A DNA stretch of 64,000 nt, from NCBI GenBank assembly GCA_025201805.1, contig MU619242.1, positions 119,323-183,322 on the forward strand, written 5' to 3'. The notes below the pieces were generated by a model, which did not search any database, was not told the DNA's origin, and was given only the letters and a program-made list of their open reading frames with translations. This document shows, one piece after another, positions 37,139-50,000 of the stretch. Source of the DNA: Parasitella parasitica NRRL 2501 (taxonomy: Eukaryota; Fungi; Mucoromycota). The translations under genes and the position numbers were made by a program. Within the stretch, counting starts at the first letter, position 1. Every line of letters begins with the position of its first letter.

Positions 37139-40100
37139 TTTGCCTTTGTTAAAAAATTCCTATGCCTTTTGATAAGGAACATAGAAGATGATTTGTCTGT
37201 TCATAATACCATCACTTTATAAATATTCTAAAAAAATGTAGACCACCATTACCATTGCTCCTCACCTCCACCTTTTTTTTTTTTTTACTTATTATAGAAA
37301 AAAGAAACAATATTACGATTTTTCAAAAATAAATTCTGTTTCAAATTGTTTTCATTCAAAATACAAAAAGCTTTTGATTTACAACTCGATATGGCTTGTA
37401 TACTTTAAATTTCATGCAGTTGTTATTATACTGTTAAAGATTTATAACATAGAAAGTTAGCATTTCTCATAATTCTACAAACAGATGAGCCAGTCTGCGA
37501 TACTTCTTTACGAAGCTGCTTAAATAAAAACATAACATAGCTGTTCAATCTCACCCTCACACCACGATCGATGATAGCAACATCTTTAGCAAATAATTAT
37601 TCTTCTAACGATGTGAGCGCTCTAGTAGATAGCTTTTTAAAACTTTCATCTCGCTACGACGATATAAATAAACGATACTTTTTGATCCATTCTTTCTGCT
37701 TAAAGCATTACCTATTCAAGATCAGACATGCATAGCATCCTGGAGTCAGCCTCATCTGATATATAATTTAATCTTACTGTATGGTCTAGATATCAATAGC
37801 TCGTTGCAGAAAATGCAAACTTCTATACAAATATAAGCACATAACCACCTATAGATCTGCATAAAGAACAAACTAAGCTGTCGGTTTTCGCCTATTAACT
37901 GAAGGTTGAATCTCATCTCAATTCCAATATTGACACTGACATTCAAATGGAATTGTATAAAGACTTTTAGAAACCAGGACCAGAGCAATCCTGGCTTCCT
38001 TTTCAATCTTTAATAGAGACCCTACGTTCTCCGTGATATAATCACTTGTAGTCTCTTTATTTAATTGTCTTTGGAAATAATCGTTATTCATATAACTCTC
38101 AATGGAGACAGTCCATTACATTTTAAGTAGAAGGTTATATTGTTGTGATAATAAAGGTTTTAGCGGTGAAGTCCAGAAGATAGGGTAAGTATTATTGATC
38201 AGAACAAAGTGAGCTATCACACAAAAAGAATTTTCGTTGAGAATAAGAGTATGAGCTTCATGTAATGATTCACATATTACATGATGCATTATTTTACATA
38301 AAACATTCACTTGATAAAAATAAAGCTTAACTCTTACCAGATATTGGAACATTGTGGAAATATCTATTAAATTATAGTTCTGTTCATTATTGTTCTGAGT
38401 ATTACTATAATTAAATCTTATTTAGATTTTACTTCTACAATTGATCTGCCATTTTTGATTAATATCTATCATCATAAAGGAGCTTATCACCATAAATTAC
38501 CTCACATGCGATGCTATGAATTACTACTATTCTAGTAATACCCACGTATACTATGTAGTAAGTAATGTTAGCAATTAGAAATGCCAACTTGACATTAATA
38601 TATCACATCATTCTACCTTTTTACTGCTACATAATTGTATTCAATCAGACTCCAGATAATCCAGGAACATGCTACAAAGATCGCAATCATCAAGACCAAG
38701 CTAGTACCGATTTAAGAATACGTAATCCAATGTCAACAACAAATAGAAGCAACTCCAACACTCGTCAAATCTGCCGTTGGTTCTCTCTTTCTCAATCCTT
38801 GTTGCCATGACGCCCTGATGAATAATCCACTATAATCTAAGCTCATATCCATTATCATTTATCCTTGGAACACTATTAGTTTTTAAATAATATTTTTATT
38901 ATCTCTATTATCTAAAATAAATAAATAATAGTTTTAAAAAGTATTTTTATATCTTCATATACTAATGAGCTCGCAGGAGGAGAGGGTGAGTTACTTCTAC
39001 CATTGCCTGTTTTTGTGGGCGTTAAACACCCAAATGACCTCATTTCAGCTGATGACGTTGGAACCAAGACTAAGTTGCTCTTGATTCTTTTCTCTTGAAA
39101 GAAGAGCATCCCATGCGTGTTTTGCTGTGTTATAGACAAATTTGCTGCGAAAGATAATTGTTCGCATCACGTATATATTTCTTGACTTACAGCAATGCTG
39201 AGACTTCCTTTCAGTGTACAGTTCATGCGTCCAATGATTTTGTCGCTTTGTAGGTGTTCCAGTGATATTGATGATCGAGATAGAGCTAGCCTGTTTATAG
39301 CACTAAATTTTCATCAGAACCACATCATAGAGTAACACTTGGGCTACTTTATTGCTGTATCGCAAGGTTTCAGGGTACATGTTTCCTCAAACTATTCAAC
39401 ACATAACATAAAACATTTAGCAAATATACACGGTCTAAACTAGTTCACTAACAAAGCGGTATTTCTATCCTAGTTAACTTATAAATACTGTACTTGATAA
39501 ATCAATAAGCTAAATCAGTAGATAAGTCTTATGACTGAGCGTAATTGAAGCCTGATGAGTCTATTTTCGCAGATATTTGCACTTGATACGATATTAAAAA
39601 GCAATCTTGGAACTGTGCAAATAACACATCGCAATGTACATAATTGATACTGCTACAGCACTCACGCCTAATTCACAATATGCAGAGAAATGAAAGAAAC
39701 ATATTAATGCACCAATACATATCAAAGTTTCATTTACTCGATACTTGTGTTGTCATTCGAATATAGTATCATTCGCTCTTCATCCTAAGCCTCAGATTAC
39801 AATCGCTCGATTTTAGACTGCTGCCTGCATGAAAATAACAGCTCTTGAATAAGGCTTAGTCATTACTAATGGATAAAATTGTCAGGAGATGCCAGCACAG
39901 AAATGCAACTATTGTGGCCAGAGCAAAAGACCTACATAAAACTTACGTAAGGATATATGTATGGTAAGCCAGTTTAGTTTCCATTCTTTCAAGCTTCTTA
40001 TCTTGATATCAAGCAACGAAAGTATACAAGTTACATAATTAATATTTGCCATAAACGACAAGTCAATAGTCAACACAAAGGTATCTCTCTTTTTCCAAGT

Positions 40101-41723
40101 AACAATAAAGGTGAACCCCATTGAATTATGTAAGCTGTATTACGGAGGGATGCTTAATGTGGATACAAGCATAAGTTAATTTTAGACCTTTATGTTTGTT
40201 GACATCAAGTGTTCCATGAACTTATATTGTTTGTGCCACCACCACAAGGATAAACTTGGGTAGTTGAAACAAAGCGTACGAAATAGACAGACTTAATACC
40301 TTGCAACAAAAAGGAACCATGTTTTTATAATTTCACCACATTATATCGACTTAAGCAGCCCTGTTTTTTTTGTTATTTCCCAATTACTTAGTTTTAATAT
40401 ATGTGTAAGTGAATACAGTTTTTAGGAAGCTGTGCACTGCCATTGCATTAATAATAATTTGCTTGTGAAAGGACAAGGGAATAATCACCCTGATTTCTAA
40501 TGATTCCCGCGAATTTCCTTTGCGTGTCTTCAAATAAAAAGCATGACTACATAGTTTGTTATATAAAGCCCCCTCCCCCCACTTCTACTCTTGGTATTGC
40601 GCACCTCTCGCGTCTTCTCCCGGACAAGCTTATGCCTTTTTAAACAGCATGTCCCTGACCACGTTTTAGCTATTAGTTTACATGCATATACAGGATACAG
40701 CAAATGACAATATTATTTGGTATAGACAAGAGAATTTTACAGAACATTTCCGATCTCCTTATAATAGTGTTTTGTTCTAGCTGCTGTAGTACCAAATTCA
40801 TCAGCTCATATTAATTTTAATATTTGGATATATTATAAAATAACAAAAATTTGCGCTGGTAGCCATCACAAAACTCAAAAAATGCATGTTTTTATGGGCG
40901 GATATGTATTTCTTCTCCATGTTTTAATACAATATGTGGGGCAGAAGTGGGGAAGGAAAATAATAATCCAAACCAGTTGTTTTGCAGCGTATTTTAGATG
41001 TAAGATGGGGTTTAATGCTTGTAACACAATACCACGTTATTTTATGTTAGTTGAAGGCCATTTGATCAACTAAATATAGGCACGCACTGTTGCAAACTTG
41101 TGTCAAAAATTCCCATTCAAACTGCTTGCCTCAGCCATCCAATAAAAGATAAACAATAAGTCTATATAAGGCATATCTTCAGTGAAGTGAAGTATGATTG
41201 AGGAAATACATCGGTCATATCTTGTAAGACATGAGCCAAATAAACTTCCCCACAATAATATGTTTTTATTATTCCGCAACATCCTGGCTATAGAAACCAT
41301 ACACATTTAGCAGGGGGACAGAATTAAGGTTGGAAAGAAAAAGACTCTGTGTCAAAGACATTTCATGAATGAAGTCAACGAGCGAAGAGTTCAAATTTAT
41401 GCACTCATGCACGAATAAATACAAGGTTCTTCCGCATCGTATATCTTGTGAAATTCATCTCAATTCTCATATCAAGACATCCTTCTTTTTTTGTAGCGAT
41501 GGCTATTTCATTGGATAATTTGATGGAATACCGCACGCTCCCACACTTATGACTCTAAATTTCACTAATCTACCGAATCGAGTTGACGGGGGAAGCAAGA
41601 GGTGGGGGTTTAGTGACCCTGAGAAAATCCTTTTGGTGGACGGGAAGTTGTTGGAAGCAAAAACCCTGTTTAAAAACTGTTCTGGTTCTTCTTTTTCCCT
41701 TTCCTTTTTATTTTCTACAACAA

Positions 41724-43061
41724 ATGTCTGATTTCAATTATACTCTGACAAAGGATGCTGCCAAAGCAGTGCCGCTGTATCATCATGAGCAAGTGCCATT
41801 TCATTCATTCTCTCGCTCTACCTCAGCCAATAGCAATAACACGTCAAATGTCAATTTAATGGCTGCAACCACACCACCTTTAATGACAAATAGTATGAAG
41901 CAAGAGCAACAGCAAAATCCCATCTCCGGAGATCTGCAGGACATTATCTACAGCTACCAATCTCAACCTGAATTGTTGAGGTTAATATTGCTGAGCAAGC
42001 TAGAAGAGGACAAAAGAAGAGCTGAAGAGGCCAAATTGCGGGCAAAAGAGCTTGATCTGTTTCTAACCCAACAGCAGCAGCAGCAGCAGCAGCACCCCAA
42101 CGGTAATGAACCTGAGGGACCCATGACATTTGCCAACAACATCAACAATACCAACACAAGCTATCAAAATCAAGTCTATAATAACAATTCATTCACAATG
42201 CATCCTACTCCACCAATGAGCGCAAATTCATCTACAGATGGTAGAATGTACCATCACATGCGACGCACAAGTTTAGACGCAATATTGGCGTCACCAACAC
42301 ATTGTGCTCCAACGCCTCTTTTGCAACAGCAGCAGCAGCAGCAGCAGCCAAATCATCGAAGGGACTCTACGTTAGGCTCCTCGTTCACTGGCAGTGCTGA
42401 TTCTGATGAATTTGATGACCGAACTGCAACAACTACCCCAGTCTCCGCATCTTCACTGCTTCAAATGGAGAGGTAAATATTTTTTGTTATCCCGAGTCAG
42501 TATAACATTACTAATATATGTTACATACAAACCTTACTACAGCTACGGATCTGCTGCTGTTATCATGTCATCACTTCAGAACAGCAATAGCGACAAGCTC
42601 TCGCCAGACTACCATCTCGATGATGGCTCATTTACAAACTCATTGCACCAGCATAGCCAACATCATCTAGATAATCGATCGCTCCTAAATGCTAACGCCT
42701 CTGTGAGGTATGATTTCCCTCCTCGCCCACGACGACGAAGAGAAATGCAAGCCATTACAAAAATTGTTGAAACAAGAGAATACCCTTATGTCGACGGATA
42801 TTTCTGGAAGAACAATGGTAATACCGTGCAGAAAAAGACTGGTAACAAGAGTGTTTATTACAAGTGTTCCAACAGTAATAAGGTATGGCTTGGTAATGAA
42901 CATGCTGGGTAGAGTATATTTATCTCAATCGTTATTATTTTATGTAGGGTTGTCCAGTAAATAAGACAGTAACCTGGAAGGATCATGGCGAATACCTCAT
43001 CAAATACCGCGGTGAACATCTTGTAGACTGTAACAAGGTTCAAAGAATCGTGGATGTCTAA
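41724..43061 (+). CDS. Fungal-type WRKY transcription factor (WKNNGNT), 3 exons
   Basis: DGYFWKNNGNT...YYKCSNSNK|GCPVNKTV...KYRGEHLVDC gives a C-X6-C...H-X3-C zinc finger; Gln-rich N-terminus. Introns 42473-42542 and 42883-42947. Confidence 0.88.
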
Positions 43062-44302
43062 ATTCACTATAATGCCCCACTTTTTTTTTTATGTAACATA
43101 TGTAATGACCACTGCTCCCACTCTCTTCCCTCTATACTATTACCCTAGTTATTTAATGTATTTTTATCATGTTCTTTCGACCATCCCAAACTGGATTTGG
43201 AATTTCTGCTTTTCCCCCCTTTTTTTCTTCTACAATTATCCTTCTGATTTCTTTCTAAACATCTAATGTAAATATTTGAAAGTCTCGAAAATCAACAATA
43301 AAATCAACAAGTATCCAAAGCCATCTACCCTGGAAAGAAATGATTAAATTATGCTGGCGAATCGCGCTCTCCATTCTATTTGTACTAATAAAGCTATATC
43401 AACGGTAATTATTGCAAGTAAAGTACCATGGTTTGAATTTTTGGATCGAAGGATTGTATCCCATCAGATTTTAAAATCCCTGATTAAGTGTTACATTAAC
43501 GGTATGCTCTTAAAGGTTAGATCTTTTCGTTTACACGAGTATAATATTATAACTATAACAAACAGACAATCTCAAGTTCAAGCTTCTTTTAAGTCAATCA
43601 AGGACAACAACTTGTTATTCGACTCTATCCGAGAGTTTGGCATTTGAGTGCATATTTATTAGTAACACCTCAATTATCTCGGTATGTTAAATTATACAAT
43701 GTATTATGGACAATTGCCTGTTCTATTTTTTGGATAAACGCGCTTGAAAGACTAATTTATTCTGCCAAATTAGGCAAAATTAAAATATGCACAAAGCAAA
43801 GAACTACTATTATATAATTGGTATATATTTTGTTCATCTGGGCGTTTCCGTTCCTACCGCAAAGCCACGTAGATCAAATGCGATGGTATGTTCAAAATAC
43901 TTATAAACCTCTATACACTTTGCTACGACAAAAAATCGGGTTTGCATTAAATCATCAGATGCCTTTGTCTCAATTTAACGTTGAGTTTCCAATAAATGCT
44001 GTCTTTGGTAGAAAAATTCAAGCAATGCATTGTGATCATCTGTTGTATAGTGGTCAGTGTCATTATTGTCACGTGCTTTGTAATGTGGCTCTATTGTGTC
44101 TGTTGAGGGTTATTGCTTTACTGCGAAACATCCAATGAAAATCCAAAAGCTCATTGTAATACAAAATCGCATTGTTTAAATATACAAGCGTTGGAGTGAA
44201 CCGGTCATTTATCTTATAGGTATGTTGAACGCACCCAATCATTCAAAATGACCTTGCTGCATTAATTAGGAAGCTATAATCTCTCAGTCCGGTATGCTCG
44301 AG

Positions 44303-44334
44303 TAAATAAAATAAAATAAAATAAAATAAAATAA
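44303..44334. repeat. (TAAAA)n pentanucleotide repeat
   Basis: About 6 units seen directly. Confidence 0.8.
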
Positions 44335-44512
44335 AGGGATGCCGCATGTGATTTGACAATCACCACTTTTCTGTGTATGATCCTAATTGTTTTCTAAATC
44401 AAGTAATTTTTGTAATTAAGGTACCAGCTCATGTGGGGCCTGAAATGCCAAAAATCGAACGTATATATAAAGCCTGCTTTTAACTCATTTTCTTTTCATT
44501 TGATAAAACAGT

Positions 44513-46030
44513 ATGGTCCTACTTAAATTCTTTGGATGCGTCGCTGCTAGTGTTCTACTTTTAAATATTGCAGTTGTCAATGCAGTCCCTATGAATGAAG
44601 CGCAGCCTCTAATTAAGCGAGGCTCAAAGCTGCATGGCAAATTTCTTCACATTACAGGTACTTTTCACTACTTAGCAGATCCACAGAACAGTGACTTATG
44701 GCTCTAATACATAGATATTCACATTGACCCTCTTTACTTGGAGGGCGCTGACCCTGATTCATATTGCCACAAGCACGGCAAGAAACGATCCTCAGAGTCT
44801 GGAAAGTTTGGAGCTTTAGGAACAGATTGCGACACACCTCAAGCTCTTGTCGACGCTACTTTTAAATTTCTCAAGAAATCCGTTAAAGACATTGATTTCA
44901 TCATTTACACTGGTGACACTGCCCGGCATGTGAGTTCATTTAAATTGTACGACCATTAAGCTTGCAAAACTAAACTATATTTCAAAAAGGATCGCGATGA
45001 TAACCACCCAATAACTCAAAAAGAAATACTCAAAGCTCACACTACCGTTATGAAGTATTTCAAGAAAGCTTACGACACTACCCATGTACCTTACATCCCT
45101 ACAATTGGCAATAACGACGGCTTTAACCACAATGATGTCAAGAAGAACGACAAGATCTTCAAAAGGCTCGAGTCCATCTGGGAGCCCCTCAGTCTCAACC
45201 TGACCTCGGCATTTACTCATGGCGGCTATTATATTCAGGAAGTAATCAAGGGGAAGCTTTCTATTGTCAACCTGAATACCATGTATTTCTTCGAGAAAAA
45301 CGACGAGGTTGATGATTGCGATTCGTCTAGCAGTGCTGCTACTATTCAAATGAAGTGGTTGACCCACGTATTGCAGCTTTATTCTAAAAAGAAAGACCAT
45401 CAGCTTTATTTAATGGGTCATGTTCCACCTATCGATGACGATGGATCGAAGCTCTACAAAGACAAATGTTACAAAGAATACATGAAACTGCTTGGAAAAT
45501 ATGGCAGCACTATTTCTGGGCATTTTACTGGTCATACTAACGGTAATTATCATTGCATACATACCCGATTAAATAAGAGAACTATAATGCTGACAGTATT
45601 TCACACATTAGATGATAGTTTGAATGCTGTAATCTCTGATGGCGGCAATAGCAAATACACTACTATGGCCGCTGATGACGATGATGCAGAAGATGAACAT
45701 AAGAAACTGAAAAAGACCTCTGTTGGGCTTTTCAATGCTCCTTCTGTTGTCCCTAAGAACAACCCAGCTCTCCGAGTGTATACCTACAATACCGGAAAAG
45801 CTGACAACTATCCTGTAGGCACTATCCGTGATTGGCATCAGTATTATGTTGACCTTGAAAAGGCCAACGATGATAGAAATGCCAAATTCCAACTCGAATA
45901 TCAAGCATCTAAGCTCTATGGCGTCAACCATTTTGACGGCTCTGGTGTTGGCAAGGCCATTATGAAAATTGCTAGCGACAAAAAAGCTCGCAAACTGTAC
46001 AAAAAGTATGCAAAGGTCTCTTCTAAATAA
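44513..46030 (+). CDS. Secreted metallophosphoesterase, endopolyphosphatase Ppn1/ASMase-like, 4 exons
   Basis: Signal peptide plus KR site; motifs GKFLHIT|DIH, GTDCDTP, IIYTGDTARH|DRD, PTIGNND, MGHVPP, FTGHTN|D, NAPSVVP.NNPALRVY. Confidence 0.85.
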
Positions 46031-47009
46031 TCTGCCCCAGCCATCTTACCGCCTGACTGTCCTTACATGTACCTCTTTTCCTCTCGGTTATCACTGCACT
46101 GTCTATTGCTGGCCAATTTTCAGAGTGATTTTATATAGAATTGTACATTACTACCCGTATATACTCCATTCCTTTTCTCTGCTAAATCCCTCCCCTTTTT
46201 TTTAAGTATAATAGAATATGAAAATGCTCATTGATTTTCACCTATAAATTATTGAATGACTCTTGAGTTAGTTATTATACTATTTCGATAAGGAGGATGA
46301 CCAGTGTGGCCATTTGTTTTATGCTCATTGAACTATATACATTTTTTCACTTATTGACAAAGAGCCACGTCCAATGTTGAATGTAATGATTAATACTGTA
46401 AATTAAATTGATAATTTTTATAGAAATCCATGTGCATGATGAGCCAGAAGCTCTAATACGGTACTTCAATCAAGATTTATCCATATGACACACATTTCTC
46501 AAAATGAATTGCAACTAGAATAAAGATAACCATGCTGCTGATGAAACCAACTGTACGATGAATATGTATGCATAATAATTGCTTCGCTTACTATATTTTC
46601 TATTATTTAAGACAACTTATAATGGCTCAAGTATATTTTACAAACAATGTTTACTACTGTATTCCACAAGGATGAGACTATTCTGCATGTCAAACGTTAG
46701 AGATGAACATCTGTCGGTTAATACATACGGACAACAATGTTCAATTTCAAAGCAGAAAGTCTGTAGTTAGATTTTCAAGTATTTCTGCTCTGGGTTGCTA
46801 ATATTTTTTGTGGTTGAATGGTGCTTTGACCATGGCACAATGCTTTACTTGAATGCCACTTCTGACGATCATTGAAAGCATCAACTGCATGATCAAAAAG
46901 GGGCACGCCACTGTGACCCTTTATCCTACGCTCATGTTTCCAGACAAAGGGAAAAAAAAAAAAAAAAAAAATATTATTAAATTGGAAGAACCTTCTTTAC
47001 GATTTTATC

Positions 47010-50000
47010 ATGGCTGGTAAAAGAAAGATCAGCGCTAAAAGCGAAAACAATGCTTCTGCAGTGACAATTGCTGCGCATACCGAAGAAAGTTTTCCTCGTG
47101 GTGGCGCTAGTGCTTTGACTCCTCTTGAGCATCGAGAAATTTCAAACAAGGTTGCCAAGGATCTTTTTGCCTCGGTAAGGGCATTCAAAATGTTTTCACA
47201 TGTACTTGTCAAGTACTGACATTTCTCCTTCCATAGAGCAAAGCTTCAGAAGCAGCTTCAAATGCTGATAGTGATGAGCCAGCTAAAAAAAAGAGAAAGC
47301 CTTCCAAAAAGGCCAAAAAAGCTGTCGCTGTCAAAGATGAAAAACCGAAGTCTGACAAGGTTTATATCGAACAGTTGAACTTTAAGGTACAGTTGTGTTT
47401 GTGTGTGTTGGATATGTAGGGCTGTACGTCTCATATCAAAGTATCATACATAGAAATTGACAGTAGGAACTGCATTTCTGGGATGCATTTCTCACATCAA
47501 CGAGTTGGATTTGTTTGTTTCATTGCCACATCAACTTGTCGGTGTTGTTCCCATCACCGAAATCTCTGACGCTATTTCAGCCATTGTCGAGAAAGTAGCC
47601 AACGAGGATGAGGATGAGGACATGGAAGGTGGATCTGCTACTGCATTGCCCAACCTGGCTGATTTGTTCCATGTGGGTCAATGGGTGTATTGTAAGATTA
47701 CAGCACTCCAAACAGAGGGAAAGAAGGTTGTTGAATTGAGCCTGAAGCCCAGCCTTGTCAATGAAGATATCGACAAGGTTGACATTACACCTGGTGTTGT
47801 ATGTATTATGTAAATCCAAACCAAAGCTGTTATTTAACAGTTGTTTTCTTCCCTTCATATTTAGACTTTAGGCGCAACTGTCAAGAGCGTTGAAGATCAT
47901 GGTTATGTTTTGGATTTGGGCCTCAAAGACTTGACCGGCTTCTTGCCCCTCAAAGAGTCAAAGAGCTATATCAAAAAATACAACCGCGGTGAGGAGCTTG
48001 CTGTTGGTCAGTACGTTGAGTGTGCCATTGAAAAGAAAGATGCCCGCACAGCTAATGTCACCATCGACCGTACAAAGATTGAGCATGCTGTCGTTGAAGA
48101 TCCCTTTTCCCGTGTCACATCAGTTCTTCCCGGCCAGTTGGTTAGCGGTGTCATTGACGCTATACAAAGCAACGGATTAGGTGTCAAAATGCAAGGCCTT
48201 TACGCTACCACCATCGACCAATCTCACATCCCTGCCTCTCAAGATATTGAAAAGGAATACAAATTGGGACAAAGCATTAACTTCCGTACCTTGTTTACTA
48301 TCCTCAACACCGAAGAAAAGAAAATCGGCGGCTCTGTTCTCCCTCACGTACTGGAATTGGATGTTCCTACCGTTGCTGGCGACAAGAAGTCTGACAAGTT
48401 TATTGCTCAGGTTTTCCCTGCTGGTTCTTTCCTGGAAAAAGTCCAAGTGGCCCGTGTCAATAAAACAGGTGTTTGGGTTACTTTGGATGGCGTTTCTGGT
48501 GTATCCGGGTACGTCCATGTGTCTCGTCTTTCCGATGAGCGAATCGAAACCGTTTCTGGTGCTACTGGCAAATTCAAAATTGGCAGCGTTCACCGTGCTC
48601 GTGTGCTGACATACAATCCTGTTGATGCTCTGCTTGTCTTGACGTTGCAGCCGAGCGTCTTGGCTGAAAAATTCTTGCGTGTCGCTGATATTGAGATTGG
48701 TTCCATGGTCGAATGCGAGGTGGAAAAGCTGATCCCTGCTGGCATCATTGTCAAGGTCTCCAAATCCATTAGCGGCCTAGTACCTACTATGCACATGGCT
48801 GATGTCAAACTTACTCGTCCTGAATTCAAGTTCAAGGCTGGCAAAAAGATCCAATGCCGCGTCATCAAGGTGGATCTGATCAAGCAAAAGGTCTTTTTGA
48901 CTCTCAAGAAATCTCTGCTCAACAGCGAATATCCCATCTTTAAGGATATCAACGAGGTGAAAGTAGATGATGTCAGTCATGGCGTTATTGTTGCCATCAA
49001 GAACAATGGTTGTGTCGTCTCTTATTACAATAACCTGACGGCCTTTGCTCCTGGTGGTGAAATGACCGAAACTCATGTTGCTAATTTGGGCGAGATCTTC
49101 AATGTTGGCCAGACCGTCAAGACTACTGTGCTGAATGTGAATCCCGAGGAAAACAAAATGCTCGTTTCCTTCATCAACAGTAAGAAGAAGGCTGAAAAAA
49201 AGGCCCAAGACAAGGCCAAGCTCGATGCTAAGCACGAAGCCAAGAACGATACTCTAGCTCCTGGAAAAATTATCACTGCCACCATCAAGTCTATCAAAAA
49301 GAATCACATTACATTGTCTCTCCCCAACGAGCTGGAAGGCCGTATTCATGTCTCTGAAGTGTACAACTCATTTGACGAGATCAAGAACCCCAAATCCCCC
49401 TTGAGCCAGTTCAGATCCAAGCAGGAAATCCAAGTCAAGATCCTGGGCGTTCGCAACACCAAACTTAACACTTATCTGCCTATTACCCATGCTGCCAAGG
49501 TTAAGCAACATGTAGATTGCTCGCTTTGCTTAGAAAGCAAGGATGATGAGAGTGCTCGTGAAATGCGCAACATCAAGGTGGGCGATGAGTTTATTGGCTT
49601 CATCTCTGACATTCATGATGCCTATGCTCGTGTCAGCGTTAGCTCGCATACTATTGGCACCATGCAGAAGCAACTGGCCTCTTCAGACCCCAACGTCTGC
49701 AATAACCTCTCAAAGCACTTTGTCTCTGGTCAAGCTATTCGTGCCGTTGTTCTTGCTGTCGATGCCAATAAAAATACGATTGAGTTCATGAATGCTGAAG
49801 ACCCCAAGGCCCCCCGCATCACTGATATTTCTGATTTAGAGCCAGGTCAGATTATGAATGCTGTAATCAAATATACCAACAAGCTCAATGGCGTCTCTGT
49901 CAACATAACTAGCAAAATTGCTGGTAAAGCTTACTTGACTGATATCACTGATACGTATAGCGAAGACCCTACTGCTTCCTGTACCGTGGGCCAAGTCGTC

